Assembly: GCF_018350175.1 (NCBI RefSeq)
Contig: NC_058368.1
Location: forward strand, 7,006,001 to 7,070,000
Length of the DNA stretch: 64,000 nucleotides
Direction of reading: 5' to 3'
DNA from: Felis catus
Lineage: Eukaryota
A program made the translations under genes and the position numbers. Positions 1-11,567 of this stretch are shown here, piece after piece (within the stretch, counting starts at the first letter, position 1; every line of letters starts with the position of its first letter). The notes beneath the pieces are model-generated. The model saw only the letters and a program-made list of their open reading frames with translations. It was not told the DNA's origin and did no database searches.

Positions 1-149
1 GCCCTGAGGCCTGGTCTGCAACACTACTCGCCCCCACCCCGGACTCCTCGAGTCAAGGGACCCTTGCTTTGGTGTAGGAATAAAGGACAGTCCAATTCCT
101 ACCATACCCTAGCTTCCCCAAAAGATCATTTGTCTTCCCCAAATCAGCT

Positions 150-197
150 CCTGAGCTGACGTCGGACGCTTAACCGACTGAGCCACCCAGGCGCCCC
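150..197 (-). mobile_element. CanSINE 5' head fragment
   Basis: Reverse complement of GGGGCGCCTGGGTGGCTCAGTCGGTTAAGCGTCCGAC head; body absent. Confidence 0.85.
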
Positions 198-445
198 AGA
201 TCATACGTGCATTAAACGAAGGGTCATTTTGGCTGCAGTGGGATCCGCTGGTTAGGAAATTCACAAGAGCTGGGGACAAGTTGTGGGCACTGGAAGATCC
301 TAGATGACAAGGAAAGATGAGTTCTAGCCATTCATCAGGGAAAACCAAGCCTGGGCAAAGAAGATCCAGATAATAGTTGGAATGTATCATCAAATTATTT
401 GTGAGAGTTTGGTTATACTTAGCCCTAAATCATAAGTAACTTTTA

Positions 446-651
446 GGGGCACCTGGGTGGCTCAGTTGGTTGAGCGTCCGACTTCCACACAGGTCATGAT
501 CTCGCGGTTTGAGTTCGAGCCCCATGTCGGGCTCTGTGCTGACAGCTCGGGGCCTGGAGCCTGCTTCGGATTCCTTGTCTCCCTCACTCTCTGCCCCTCC
601 CCCGCTCACGTTCTGTCTCTCTCTGTCTCAAAAATAAAAACATTAAAAAAA
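446..651 (+). mobile_element. CanSINE (SINEC_Fc-like), full length
   Basis: tRNA-like head, (CT)n region, A-rich tail. Confidence 0.95.
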
Positions 652-668
652 GTTATTTATAATATACC

Positions 669-820
669 TTTTTTTTTTTTACATTTATTCATTTTTGAGA
701 GACAGAGTGTGAGCAGGGGAGGGGCAGAGAGAGGAGAAGACACAGAATCCGAAGCAGGCTCCAGGCTCCAAGCTGTCGGCACAGAGCCCGATGCGGGACT
801 CGAACTCAGGAACCGCGAGA
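669..820 (-). mobile_element. CanSINE, 5'-truncated
   Basis: Poly-T, (GA)n, body; head missing. Confidence 0.9.
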
Positions 821-930
821 AGATAGTTACAAGCAACAATGGAATGAAGTCTCAAGGTGGTACAAGTGTGTCCCATTTGGATTAGGATTAAAGAACTCTT
901 TGTTGCTATTGGAACACTTGTAAACATCTT

Positions 931-934
<4 letters not shown>

Positions 935-977
<43 letters not shown>
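935..977. repeat. (AG)n microsatellite
   Basis: Direct reading. Confidence 0.98.
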
Positions 978-980
<3 letters not shown>

Positions 981-1335
981 TGGTAATAGACTTTGAAATG
1001 AATGAGAACCTAATAGCAAGATCACATAACAACAGTTCTTGTTGTCAGATCAGCTGCTCTGCCCAAGATTTTCCTTAGCAAAACCATTTCCCATGTTATT
1101 GTTCCAAATGGTCGTTTTTATCATTCATTGTTCATCTTAAATGCAGGCTGGACAAGAGGTTCTGTCTTTTCTCATTTATCACTCACATCAAGTTGCATTT
1201 TACGGTAGTGTTGGGGGGTTTTCCATGAGGATAAGGCTAATTTAGGATGATTCTCCAACCCAATCTTGGGGTGAGGATACTGTCCATCTGTGAAACGTTA
1301 CAGGTTCTTCTACTAAAACAATGTTTCAGTTGACT

Positions 1336-1536
1336 TTATTTTTCTTTTTCAACGTTTATTTATTTTTGGGACAGAGAGAGACAGAGCATGAACGGGGGAG
1401 GGGCAGAGAGAGAGGGAGACACAGAATCGGAAACAGGCTCCAGGCTCTGAGCTGTCAACACGGAGCCGGATGCGGGGCTCAAACCCACGAACCGTGAGAT
1501 CATGACCTGAGCTGAAGTTGGACACTTCACCGACTG
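1336..1536 (-). mobile_element. CanSINE lacking first ~18 nt
   Basis: Body and tail match; abuts L1 sequence. Confidence 0.93.
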
Positions 1537-1539
1537 CCA

Positions 1540-3690
1540 TTTTTGTTGTGCATTCTATGGGTTTTAGCAAATGTATAATGACATATGTCCACCATTACAG
1601 GATCACACAGCATAGTTTCCTTACCTTGGAAGATCCCCTGTGCTCTGCCTGTTCATCCGTCCCTCTCTCCCTCCCTCCTAACTCCTGGCAACCACCAATC
1701 TTGTTACTGTCTCTATAGTTTCGCCTTTCGCAAAATATCATACATGTAGTTGGAATCCAGCATGTAGAATTGGTTTCTTTCGCTTAGTAATATGCATTTA
1801 AGTTTCCCTCCTGTCTTTTCATGGCTTGATAGCTGTTTTCTTTCCACTGCTGCGTAATATTCCATTGTGAGATGCGCCACCGTTTGTGTATCCATTCACT
1901 CACTGAAGGAAATCTTGGTTGCTTCCAAGTTTCGGCTATAAAGCTGCCGTAAACATTGTAGCAGGATTCTCGCACAGAGAGTCATGATGTTGAGGTTTTT
2001 CTTTCGAGAGAGCAACCTTATTGGTGCTGGCACGGCTCAGTTGGGTTCATACCCAAAGAACTGAGCGCCGAACATCACGTGGCATAGTTTTTGTAATCCG
2101 TTTTCTATTTCTTTATCTTCCATATATGGTAACACACACAAATATGTAGTCTGATTAAGTGGTCTCATGTTACAAAGTCACGAGGGATGTGGTCACGTAG
2201 GCGCATAGCCAGGTTACCTTGAGGTTGGTTTGTTTTTTGTTTTTTGTTTTTCTTTTTCTCTTTGTCTCTTTTCCCCCCTCTCCATAAGGAGGGGACCCTA
2301 CCACAGTATGTGTGCAGGTTTTTGTGTGGACATAAGTTTTCAACTCCTGTGGGTAAATACCAAGGGGTACAAATTGTTGGATCGTATAGTATGGCATATT
2401 TAGGTTTATGAGAAATCTCCAAACTGTCTTCCAAAGTGGCTGTACCATTTGACATTCCCACCATTTTGCAATAAGTGAGATTTCTGGTTGCTCTATATGC
2501 TTGTCAGTATTTGGTCGTTTGGATTTTAGTCATTCTAATAGTATGCGGTGACACCTGATTTTTTTCTCATTTGCAAGCTCCCTACTGACTTACGATGTTG
2601 ATTGTTTTTTAACGTTTATTTGTCATCATTATATCTTCTTTGGTGAGGTGTCTGTTCAGATCTTTCGCCCATTTTAAAATTGGGGTTTTTGTTTTCTTAT
2701 CGTTGGGTTTTAAGAGTTCTTTGTCTATTTAAGATACCGGTCTTGATCAGATATGTGTTTTGCAATTATTTTCTCCGAGTTTATGACTTGTTTTCTCATT
2801 CTCTTGACAGTGTCTTTGATAGAGCAGAAGTTTTTAATTGCAATGGAGGGTTCAACTTATCAATTGTTTTCACAGATTACGCCTTCGGTGTCGCGTATAA
2901 AACGAACAAAAAGTCATTGCCAAACCCGAGGTCGTCTAGATTCTCTCCTATGCTCTCTTCTGGGAGTTATACAGTTTTGCATTTTACATTTAGGTGTCTG
3001 GTCCATTTTGAGTTAACTCTGGCGAAGTTACTTACGGTAGCTCTTGAAGCTTGTGTCAGTGCTCCAGACTTGTTCTCCTTAAACATCGTGTTGCCTCTTC
3101 TAGGCCTTTTGCCTCTCCATATAAACGTTAGAGTTAGTCCGTGACGTCCACAAAATGAGCTTCTGGGGTTTTGACTGAGGGAGCACTGCATGTGGTGTGT
3201 ATGCATTTAGTTGCGTCTCTACCTAATGGCAGAATTGCCGGATTGTAGAGTAAACATATGTTCAGCTTTGATTCAGTTTATGTTCGGTTTTCAAAAATGG
3301 TCTTGCAAATTTACACCCCCCCACCAGAAGCATGTGGGTGTTGTAGTTGCTCTGAATCCTGGCAAGACTTGGTATTTTCCTTCGAGCTTTTTTGGCAGGT
3401 GTAAAATGGCGTCACAGTCTCATTTCAATTTGCATTTTCCTGCTGACTGATGAGGTGGAGTACTTTTCATATGTTGATCAGCCATTTGGATATCCTCTGT
3501 CGTCAAGTTTCTGTTCAAGTCGTTTGTTCACTTTGTTCTGTTGGAGTGTCTCTCTTTTTCATATCAGTTTGAAGGAGTTATTTTTCTATTCAAAATGTGA
3601 GTCCTCTGTTGAGCCTGTATTGCAAGTTATCTTCTTCCAATATATAGATTCACTTTTTACTCTGTTAGTAGTGTCTTTGGATGAATAGAA
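1540..3690 (-). mobile_element. Old L1 (L1MC-like) 3' region, interrupted by an LTR at 1957-2305
   Basis: ORF2p C-terminal peptides QPLWKTVWRFL, LGIYPQELKTYVHTKTCT, ETWKQPRFPSVSEWI in the ORF track; L1MC-type 3'UTR. Confidence 0.85.
1957..2305 (-). mobile_element. Solo ERV LTR inserted in L1
   Basis: 349 bp, TG...CA ends (TGTAGCAGG...CTACCACA); L1 resumes on both sides; minus strand has TATA-like TACAAAAA and polyA-like AATAAG in order. Confidence 0.7.
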
Positions 3691-3729
3691 TTTTCTTTCT
3701 TTCTCTCTTTCTTCCTCAATGTTTTTGGT

Positions 3730-4028
3730 TTTTTTTAAAACAATGTTATGTTTATTTATTTATTTTTTTCAAAGACAGAGACAAAGAAAGCAAGCCAAGG
3801 AGAGGCAGAGAGAGAGGGAGAGAGAAATCCCAAGCAGAGAGAGACAGAGAGAGACAGAGCACGAGCAGGGGAGAGGCAGAGAGAGAGAGGGAGACACAGA
3901 ATCCGAAGCAGGCTCCAGGCTCCGAGCCGTCAGCACAGAGCCTGACACGGGGCTCAAACTCACGAACTGTGAGATCATGACCTGAGCCAAAGTTGGACGC
4001 TTAACCGACTGAGCCACCCAGATGCCCC
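3730..4028 (-). mobile_element. Composite CanSINE with two 3' halves
   Basis: Tail plus AATCCCAAGCAG segment fused to a second body AATCCGAAGCAGGCTCCAGG and head. Confidence 0.85.
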
Positions 4029-4044
4029 AATTGTCTGTATATAT

Positions 4045-4255
4045 TTTTTAAATGTTTATTTATTTTTGAGACCGAGAGAGACAGAGCATGAATGGGGGAG
4101 GAGCAGAGAGAGAGAGGGAGACACAGAATCGGAAGCAGGCTCCAGGCTCTGAGCTGTCAGCGCAGAGCCCGACGCGGGGCTCAAAGTCACGGATCGTGAG
4201 ATCATGACCTGAGCCGAAGTCGGGCGCTTAACTGACTGAGCCACCCAGGCGCCCC
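4045..4255 (-). mobile_element. CanSINE, full length
   Basis: Imperfect TSD tgtctgtatat / tgtctgcatat. Confidence 0.95.
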
Positions 4256-5498
4256 TGTCTGCATATGTTTTTAAACAGAGCATGGGTTAATTGAGCCATT
4301 CCTCAATTTCGACTCTGCCAAATGCCTCCAATGTCCAATTGACTTCAAAGCGTCTGGTTTGATCTGCTCACACTGGTCCTTGTCCGGAACCTTTCCTTCA
4401 CTTTCAGGATAGCTACTGTCAACACAATGCACACCACCAACACTGGCAATGGTGCACTTCAAGGGTTTCTGTATTTCATCACGATCAAACTTACCCAGTA
4501 TAAGTGTAAATAATGTTATTACTGCTATTACTGCTATTATAAGTGTTATTATATGTTATTACTGCTGCTATTACTAACAATTAGAGATAAATGGGTCAAT
4601 AGGTGCATGGTCAACTCGCCCTTGCTCTGAAAAAACTAGAATAGTTTTTAATCGCTGTTAACAAAAACATTCCTCACATATGGTGTCTAAGAGACTATAG
4701 CAGAAAGAAAAACTTTTAGGGTTCGACTAATTGTAGCCCCAGACTATTACAAGCCTGGAATTCCGGTGCGAAAATGAGTTAGATGCATAAATAAAAGCAC
4801 ACAAAACGATCAATTATTTCATGCAAACTTACCTAAACAAGAAGCCTGAACTTCATCATAGCATCTCAGCATAGAACCTTTAGGATTTTCTAATGTTTGT
4901 TTCTTCCCCATATGCATATACCTAGGATGTCCAAGGTGTGGTTACAGAGGAATTACTCGGTGTTCTACTGTTTCTTGTGCATGTTTACATCTAAAATATT
5001 CTACCAAGTGTAGTGAGGCACTAGTACAGATTACAAATACTCAAGTAGTGAGACATCTCTGGGGGCAGGGGAATCATTCCCTGAGATCATGTCATCCATC
5101 ACATGGATAGATGGGACGGAGCTCAGAGGAGAGTGATCAGCCTACTAAGAGAAACCTAGAAATCATAGTAAATAAATGACAAAAGGAGAAGCCAACTGTG
5201 ACCACGGAAAAGGGAAGAACTTGGGTGGAGGGCGTATGGAGGGAGCGGGGACAAAAGGCACCTGCTTGTAACTTGCAGGCATTTCAGAAGGGCCGTGAAA
5301 AGGAGACAGATTTCTCGAGTGTCTCTCTAGAATGCAGACTAACCCTCCAAGGGTGGGAGGTTCCCGGAGTGAGTTTCAGCTGAGTAGAAGGAAGAGCTTT
5401 CAAGGTGAAAGTTACCAGTGGAGTGAGTGTCCTTATGAAGCCGTGGGCTCCTTAATACTCGATGCATTCTAGCAGGTGGCTGGCTGTTCATTTGCCGG

Positions 5499-5522
5499 GT
5501 GTGTGTGTGTGTGTGTGTGTGT
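5499..5522. repeat. (GT)n microsatellite
   Basis: Direct reading. Confidence 0.97.
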
Positions 5523-5601
5523 GGTGAGGGGAGTGTCTCACTAGGTAGGTATCGAGTTACATGTTCTTTACAGTCTTTTTTTCTTTTAAAAGTAATTGAC
5601 T

Positions 5602-5798
5602 GGGGCACCTGGTGGCTCAGTCGGCTGAGCCTCCAACTTCGGCTCGGGTCAGGATCTCACGGTTCATGAGTTCGAACCCCGCATGGGGCTCACTGCTGTC
5701 GGCGCAGAGCCTGCTTCAGATCCTCTGTCCCTCCCCCCCCCCCCGCCCCTCCCCTGCTTGTGCTGTCTCAAAAATAAAAATTTAAAACGTTAAAAAAA
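5602..5798 (+). mobile_element. CanSINE
   Basis: Head, body, tail; TSD taattgact. Confidence 0.93.
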
Positions 5799-6089
5799 TA
5801 ATTGACTGGTTGGTTAATCACAAAAGGTTTCCCAAGTGTAACTTAGATTTAGATTTCCTAAGTGTAAGTTATAGTTTAAGTGAAATAACCCCCAGAGATT
5901 TATTAAGGTGGAGAGGAGCTGGGTCAGATACCAGTTGAGAAACTGGGCTGGGAATGATGTAGAGGTTGTGATAGGGCCAACGGTTGGGAAAAACCAAATA
6001 GTATTGACGGAACCAAAATTGATGTTCAGAGCAAAATTCAGTTGTCAAAAAATGGGGCAGGGTGTGAGAGTATATTTATTTATTCACGT

Positions 6090-6530
6090 ATCCGTTCACC
6101 CCATACATATTTATTTTCTGGAACGTTTGCGCAATGGCATTCTACACCCTGGTTTAGAATAAACCAACTACAGCTGCATGCGTTAAGAAGGATGTATCTC
6201 AAGGGCATGCTGTTGAATGAGAAAGGCAACTCATCGAAGAATGGAGAATATAGGATTCCGGTAATATAAAGTAGAATAATACGCAAAGTTAAAAACAAAA
6301 CAAAACAAAACATGTTGTGTAGACACGCATCCGATTGTGGCAGAGCCTTCGAGAAAAACAAGGGAAGTACTGATTTAAAATTCAGGTGTATGGCTGCTTG
6401 TTGGAGGGAGGAGAGGGGTGCGATCCAGGAGAAGCACAGAAGGGCTTCTAAGGCACAGGTAAAGGTGTAGCTCTTAATTTGGTGGTAGACACATGGGTGC
6501 TTACTGCATTTCTCATAGTCTAGGCACTCT
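6090..6530 (+). mobile_element. Ancient L1 (L1ME-like) 3' end
   Basis: Degenerate similarity to L1ME 3'UTR. Confidence 0.55.
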
Positions 6531-6639
6531 TGACTGCAAGATATAGCCACAGCAATAAAAAGAAAAATAAAGAAAAGAAGAGCTGAGCATTTAGATCGAA
6601 GGGCCACGCCGGGTCTTAGATACAAATAAGTCCGCACAC

Positions 6640-7530
6640 GGACGAGGCAGAGAACGACAGGGCATCAAAAGCACAGCCCGAACCTTCAAAGCCTCTAGAA
6701 AGACTGAAAAGCACCGACACTGGAATGACATCTTTAAACCGCCGAGGGAAAGAACCGTATGCCAGTGAATTTCTTAGCCGTGAATTATGCCCGGGATGCT
6801 AAGGCGCAATCGACACACCGTCAGACGCTGAGGCCTAGCGAACTTTCCTCTCACAAAACCTCACCGGAAGAACTGCCGAAGGATGTTTTCCAGCCCCAGA
6901 AAATTGGACCCGAAGGGACGAAGGGGAAACAAAAAGCTGGATGAGCAAGGCAGCTAGTCAACGCGTTGGGAAATCTAAATCAGCATTAGCGGTAAAACAC
7001 ACAAGAAAGCAGGTTTGGGGGATTTTAATGACAAGTCGGAATGAAATAATAATGTGCATCATCAGCGTGACTGATGATGATTAGCATGAAAGATTAATGA
7101 GGTTCTTGTCCTGCCCTCTAGGAGGAAGGAGTGAGATACTCACTTGAGACGTTTGCTAAGTTACACACGCTTAGAAGTCTTCAGGGTAATGCTACAGTCA
7201 TAGAAGTCGAGTATATATTTTTCAAACGGGAAGACGAAAATAAGAGAATAAAGAAAGTACGTTAATGATAGGTAGGAAAGGAGAAGAAAGAAACATGAAA
7301 CACGCACGATAAACAGAAAGCTAAAAATCACACGGTAGAAGTAAGGCCACCTGTGTGAGCGCTCGCAGTGACCATGGACAGTTCCACCACATTCTCAATC
7401 ACATACCAAGGAGCAGAAGGCAAATTGGATCAGGAAATTCACAGAATCTGGTTCTCTGCTGGCTTCAGAAAAGAAAGATCAAAAGCGAGAGGACAAAAAC
7501 AGGTGCACAGGTACAAACTAATCAAACAAA
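6640..7530 (+). mobile_element. Ancient L1/HAL1 ORF1-end region
   Basis: Peptide SHKTSPEELPKDVFQ resembles ORF1p C-terminus; A-rich sense strand. Confidence 0.45.
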
Positions 7531-7966
7531 GCAGGCGCTGTGGGTTTTGCACTTGGCATTGGGAGCCAATGGGGCGGGGCGGAGCAAGGGAGGCCTCACT
7601 GAAGAAATGATGCGAGATTTGAGGAGGAAATGATAGGAATGAGCATCTGTCTGGCCGTAGTTCTTCAGGCGGAACATCCCGAGGGTCCTCGGGGAGGAAG
7701 AATCTCGGTGTGTTTGTTCCTGACCCATATTTTTCTAGCCTCTCTTCTCTCTTGGACAGATTCCAGGAGCGAATTTATCTTTTCGTTTTAGTCTTATGGA
7801 AAAATACTCTCTAGCAATTGACAGAATCATCCACCCCCAAAGCATGGTGATGGGGAGAAGTGGAGGATTGGGGAGGAGCCCAAAGTCCTTCCAGGTCACA
7901 GAGTGCTACATAAATGCCTTGCTGGGGGTTCTCTAGAGTCCTTTCTCCTTCGGAAGGAGCAATGGA

Positions 7967-8161
7967 GGGACGCCTGCATGGCTCAGTTGGTTAAACGTCT
8001 GACTCTTGGTTTCGGCTCAGGTCACGCTCTCCCGGTTTGCAAGTTCGAGCCCTGCATTGCGCTCCGTGCTGGTGGTGCAGGGCCTGCTTGGGATTCTCTC
8101 TCTCCTTCCATCTCCTTCCATTATTTATTATTTATTTATTTATAAATAAATAAATAAATAA
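7967..8161 (+). mobile_element. CanSINE with rearranged tail
   Basis: Head and body; degenerate TSD aaggagcaatgga / aagaagccatgga. Confidence 0.9.
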
Positions 8162-8284
8162 GAAGCCATGGAAAAGGGGTGGCTGCTTGACGTAAAAGAT
8201 AATCTCACCAAAATGCCGGGATTTCTGAACACTGACCCCAAACCACAGGAGCCATCACCACTTGGGTGGCATTCACTGTTTCCC

Positions 8285-9750
8285 ATATTTTTATTATTAG
8301 AAATTTGAGAAGTACAAAATTGTTGAAAGCCTAGCATAACACATCATCAGTCAATTCTTTCTACAGAATTAAACCATTGATAACTTTTTGCTATGCCTGC
8401 TTTGTCTTTCCACATATTCATATATATCTTTTAGTATAGAAATTAAGCTACAGGGGCGTCTGGGTGTGTCCGTTGGTTAAATGTCCGGCTCCTGATTTCG
8501 GCTCAGGTCCTGATCTCATGGTTCGTGGGATCGAGCCCCGCGTCCGGCTCTGTGCCGACAGTGCGGAGCCTGTTTGATAATCTCTGTCTCCTCTCTCTCC
8601 TGCCCCTCTCCCCCGCTTGTGTTCTCTCCCTCTTTCTCCAAATAAATAAATAAACTTAAAAGGAATTAAGCTTACAGACCTCATGACATTTCTCTCCTAA
8701 ATAATTCAATAAGCATCTTCTAACAATAAGACCATTGTCCTACCATAAACCGGAAGAAAAAAATTTTTAAATTTCTCAATACAATTTAGTATCTAGTTTA
8801 TGTTTCAATTCCCCTCATTATCCCCCAAATATCTTTCTGAGTTGTCCCTTTTTTCCAAGCTCGGATCTAACCAAGCTTCTCTCATTATATCTGGTTAGGG
8901 TGGCTCTTTAGCCAATTTAAATATGGACCAGTGGTTTCACTTTTGTGTGTGATGCTGATCACTTGTTTCGGTTTTAAAAATCAACTGTACCAAAGTATAA
9001 CTTATGTGTAATAAACTCAGTCACCGTAAGTATACTGTTCATTAGTTTTAACAATTGTATACGCCAAGGGAACCATCATCCCAAACAAGACACAGATTTC
9101 TATCACCCAGGAAGCTCCACGGTGTTCCTCTGCAGTCACACCCTCTCTGCTCCTGGTTCCAGGCAAGCATTGATCTGCTTTCCATTATGCTATTGATTTT
9201 CCGAAGAGACTAGGCCAGTTTGTCTTGTAAAACATCCCACATGTCTAATTGTTTCCTTGTAGTGTCATTACCTCCATATTCTGGCTATTGAATTTCCTGT
9301 GCGCTGGAGGTTGCGTCTAAAGACTTGGTTAAATGCAGGTTAAGCACATCTGGAAAAAATACTGCACAGGTGATACTAGATACTCCCTGCTGCATCCTTG
9401 TCAGGAGGCCATTGCTGGGGATGCTGAGTTTGCTCCCTTGGTGGCGCCGTCGACTGCCAGCACTCGCCTTTGTGAAAGTAAATGGTTCTCTTGGAATTGG
9501 CAAGTCACCCCTGGGGTGACGCTCGGGTAATGGCCGAAGATCCTACGTCCCACAACCTTCTTGTGGCGTGTGCTTGTGGCAATCGTTGATCGCTCTTACC
9601 CCAATCAATTATTTCATGGGGGCTTGCAAAATGGTGGCTTCCCAATTCTATCATTTCTTCTACCTTTGGAAGCCGGCATTCTTTGGTGAAGAAGACTTTT
9701 CTTTCATGAACTGGGGGCTGCATCTCCTAAACAGGAAGAGTAAAGGCTGA
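8285..9750 (-). mobile_element. Old L1 (L1MC4/5-like) 3' region with nested inserts
   Basis: Similarity to L1MC 3'UTR. Confidence 0.6.
8453..8661 (+). mobile_element. CanSINE
   Basis: Full length; TSD core aattaagct. Confidence 0.93.
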
Positions 9751-9754
9751 TTTC

Positions 9755-9973
9755 TTTTTCTTTTTTGCTTATGTATTTATTTATTTAGAGAGAAACGGTG
9801 CATGCACGCAGGTGTGCATAAGTGGGAAGGAGCAGACAGCGAGGGAGAGAGTGAATCCCAAGCAGGCTCTGTGCTGTCGGCACAGAGCCTGACTCAGGGC
9901 TCGTTCTCATGGATCGTGAGATCATGACCTGAGCCGAAATCAGGAGAAGGATGCTCACCAACCCAGGCGCCCC
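9755..9973 (-). mobile_element. CanSINE
   Basis: Full-length, diverged copy. Confidence 0.9.
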
Positions 9974-10086
9974 AGGCTGCATGGTACTTAAATCTTCTCT
10001 TAATGTGTAGATTTAAGGCTGGCACCGCCTGCCACATTTCCCCCTGTACTGACATGGGGTGATGCGGGAGTTGGGGCGGGGAGGAC

Positions 10087-10250
10087 GTGGATTTTGGAAT
10101 CAAATGGATCTGGGCTGAATCTTGGCCCTGCCACTTGCTTGCTGGGTGGCTTCAGGAAAGTCTTTAACCCCTCGGAGGCTTCGTTCTTTTCTCTGAAGGT
10201 AGAGTCACGTTGAGAACCAACAGAGGTGCTGTTTGTGGAATGTTTGGCCA
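10087..10250 (+). mobile_element. MIR fragment
   Basis: ctgggctgaatcttggccctgccactt... MIR core similarity. Confidence 0.6.
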
Positions 10251-11348
10251 AGGGTGAGGGACTGGTCGCCATCTTGGATCTTCTCCTTGGGGGAGAAGTG
10301 GGGCCACAGTAAGAGATACTGCTTGAGCCATCAGAACCAAGAGAATTTGGGCTGTTCACCCATAATTGTGCCCACGAGCACAAAGTCACGATTTGCTGCT
10401 GGCTTTTTCTTCCTTCATTTACTTATCCAGTGTCTGTTGAGTGGCGTCTTTATGGAAGGCAGAGTGATGTAGGCTCTAAGTAAGGAGGCAGCCCGTGTGC
10501 AGATTGCTGGCCGTAGAGTTCACCCATCGTTGAGCACAGGGGTTTCTCCCATCCTGGGCCCCTGATACTGATACCTGTTCAGCCTCTCCCAGGATTTCTG
10601 AAGCCAGGGAAGGAGGGCAGTGGAGGGGGGGGGAGGGGCAAGCAGGCTGGACTCCAATGGAGAGAACCAGGAGGGAAGGGAAGACGTGTTTTATTACAAC
10701 TTCTAGAAACCACTCTAACCGGAATGACGTAACCAATGAATGAACGAAGCAGGAAGTGTGTGCCTTACACGAAGCAGATCGGGGCCAGAGCTGACGTGAA
10801 CAAACACGATTGTGTGGCCGGGCCAGCAGGGATGGGCTCTGAAATGTCATCCTAAACAGGGACACGCCAAAAGGACCATAGTGTTCCCCCAGTTTCAATT
10901 TCTCTCTCTCTTTTGGTTTCTGTCTTGATGAAAAGTTTGCAACTTTTAGAGTGTTCTGGAGGAAATCATCTGACTCATAATACCAGAATTTACATAGCTG
11001 ATTTAATGTAGTTTGTCTTCAAAATAGAGGGACTTAATACCATTATTTATTCTACATTTGGAACGGTCAACTCATGAAATACATGTGCTCCTAAGTGATG
11101 TAAAATGCAGACACCCTTGCAAATAATTAGGAGCCTCTTGATTTTTTAAAAATACATTAAGATCGTTGATTTTAGAGGTTCTACAAGTAACAGGATTTCA
11201 CAAAATCTGTTGTGGAGCTATGGCCTGAGGGGATTTTTAAAAAAAGCAATAGCACCCTAAGAAGATTTGAAATGGAATAATGTTGCAGAGATTTCATACC
11301 TGTTAAAGAAAGACTCAAGGTAGAGCGTCATGCAGATATTAAAAAATA

Positions 11349-11365
11349 TTTTTAATGTTTATTTG

Positions 11366-11401
<36 letters not shown>

Positions 11402-11567
11402 TGTGAGCCGGGGAAGGGCAGAGAAAGAGAGGGAGACACAGAATTTGAAGCAAGCTGCCGGCTGCCAGGTCAGCACAGAGCCCGACGTGGGGCTCGAACT
11501 CACAAACCGCGAGAACATGACATGAGCCGAAGTTGGACGCTTAACCGCCTGAGCCACCTAGGCGCCC
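11349..11567 (-). mobile_element. CanSINE inside Tigger-like fossil
   Basis: Full length; degenerate TSD atgcagat / atgtagat. Confidence 0.93.

Larger units (their letters stand above)
198..5061 (-). mobile_element. Candidate fragmented hAT-Tip100 (Zaphod-like) transposase fossil; pieces ~198-440, ~825-1335, ~4275-5061
   Basis: Minus-strand peptides SKSITIFS..LCKMF (TTF zinc-finger-like) and LIFPCH...VNFLTSGSHCSQNDP (resembles LAFRGH...GNFLxxxxxxxxxDP); minus strand begins CAG at 5061. Confidence 0.4.

Noticed and set aside
150..820. SINE head (150-197) and headless SINE (669-820) look like complementary halves
   Set aside because: They are in the wrong order for one interrupted element and share no TSD; independent truncations are simpler.
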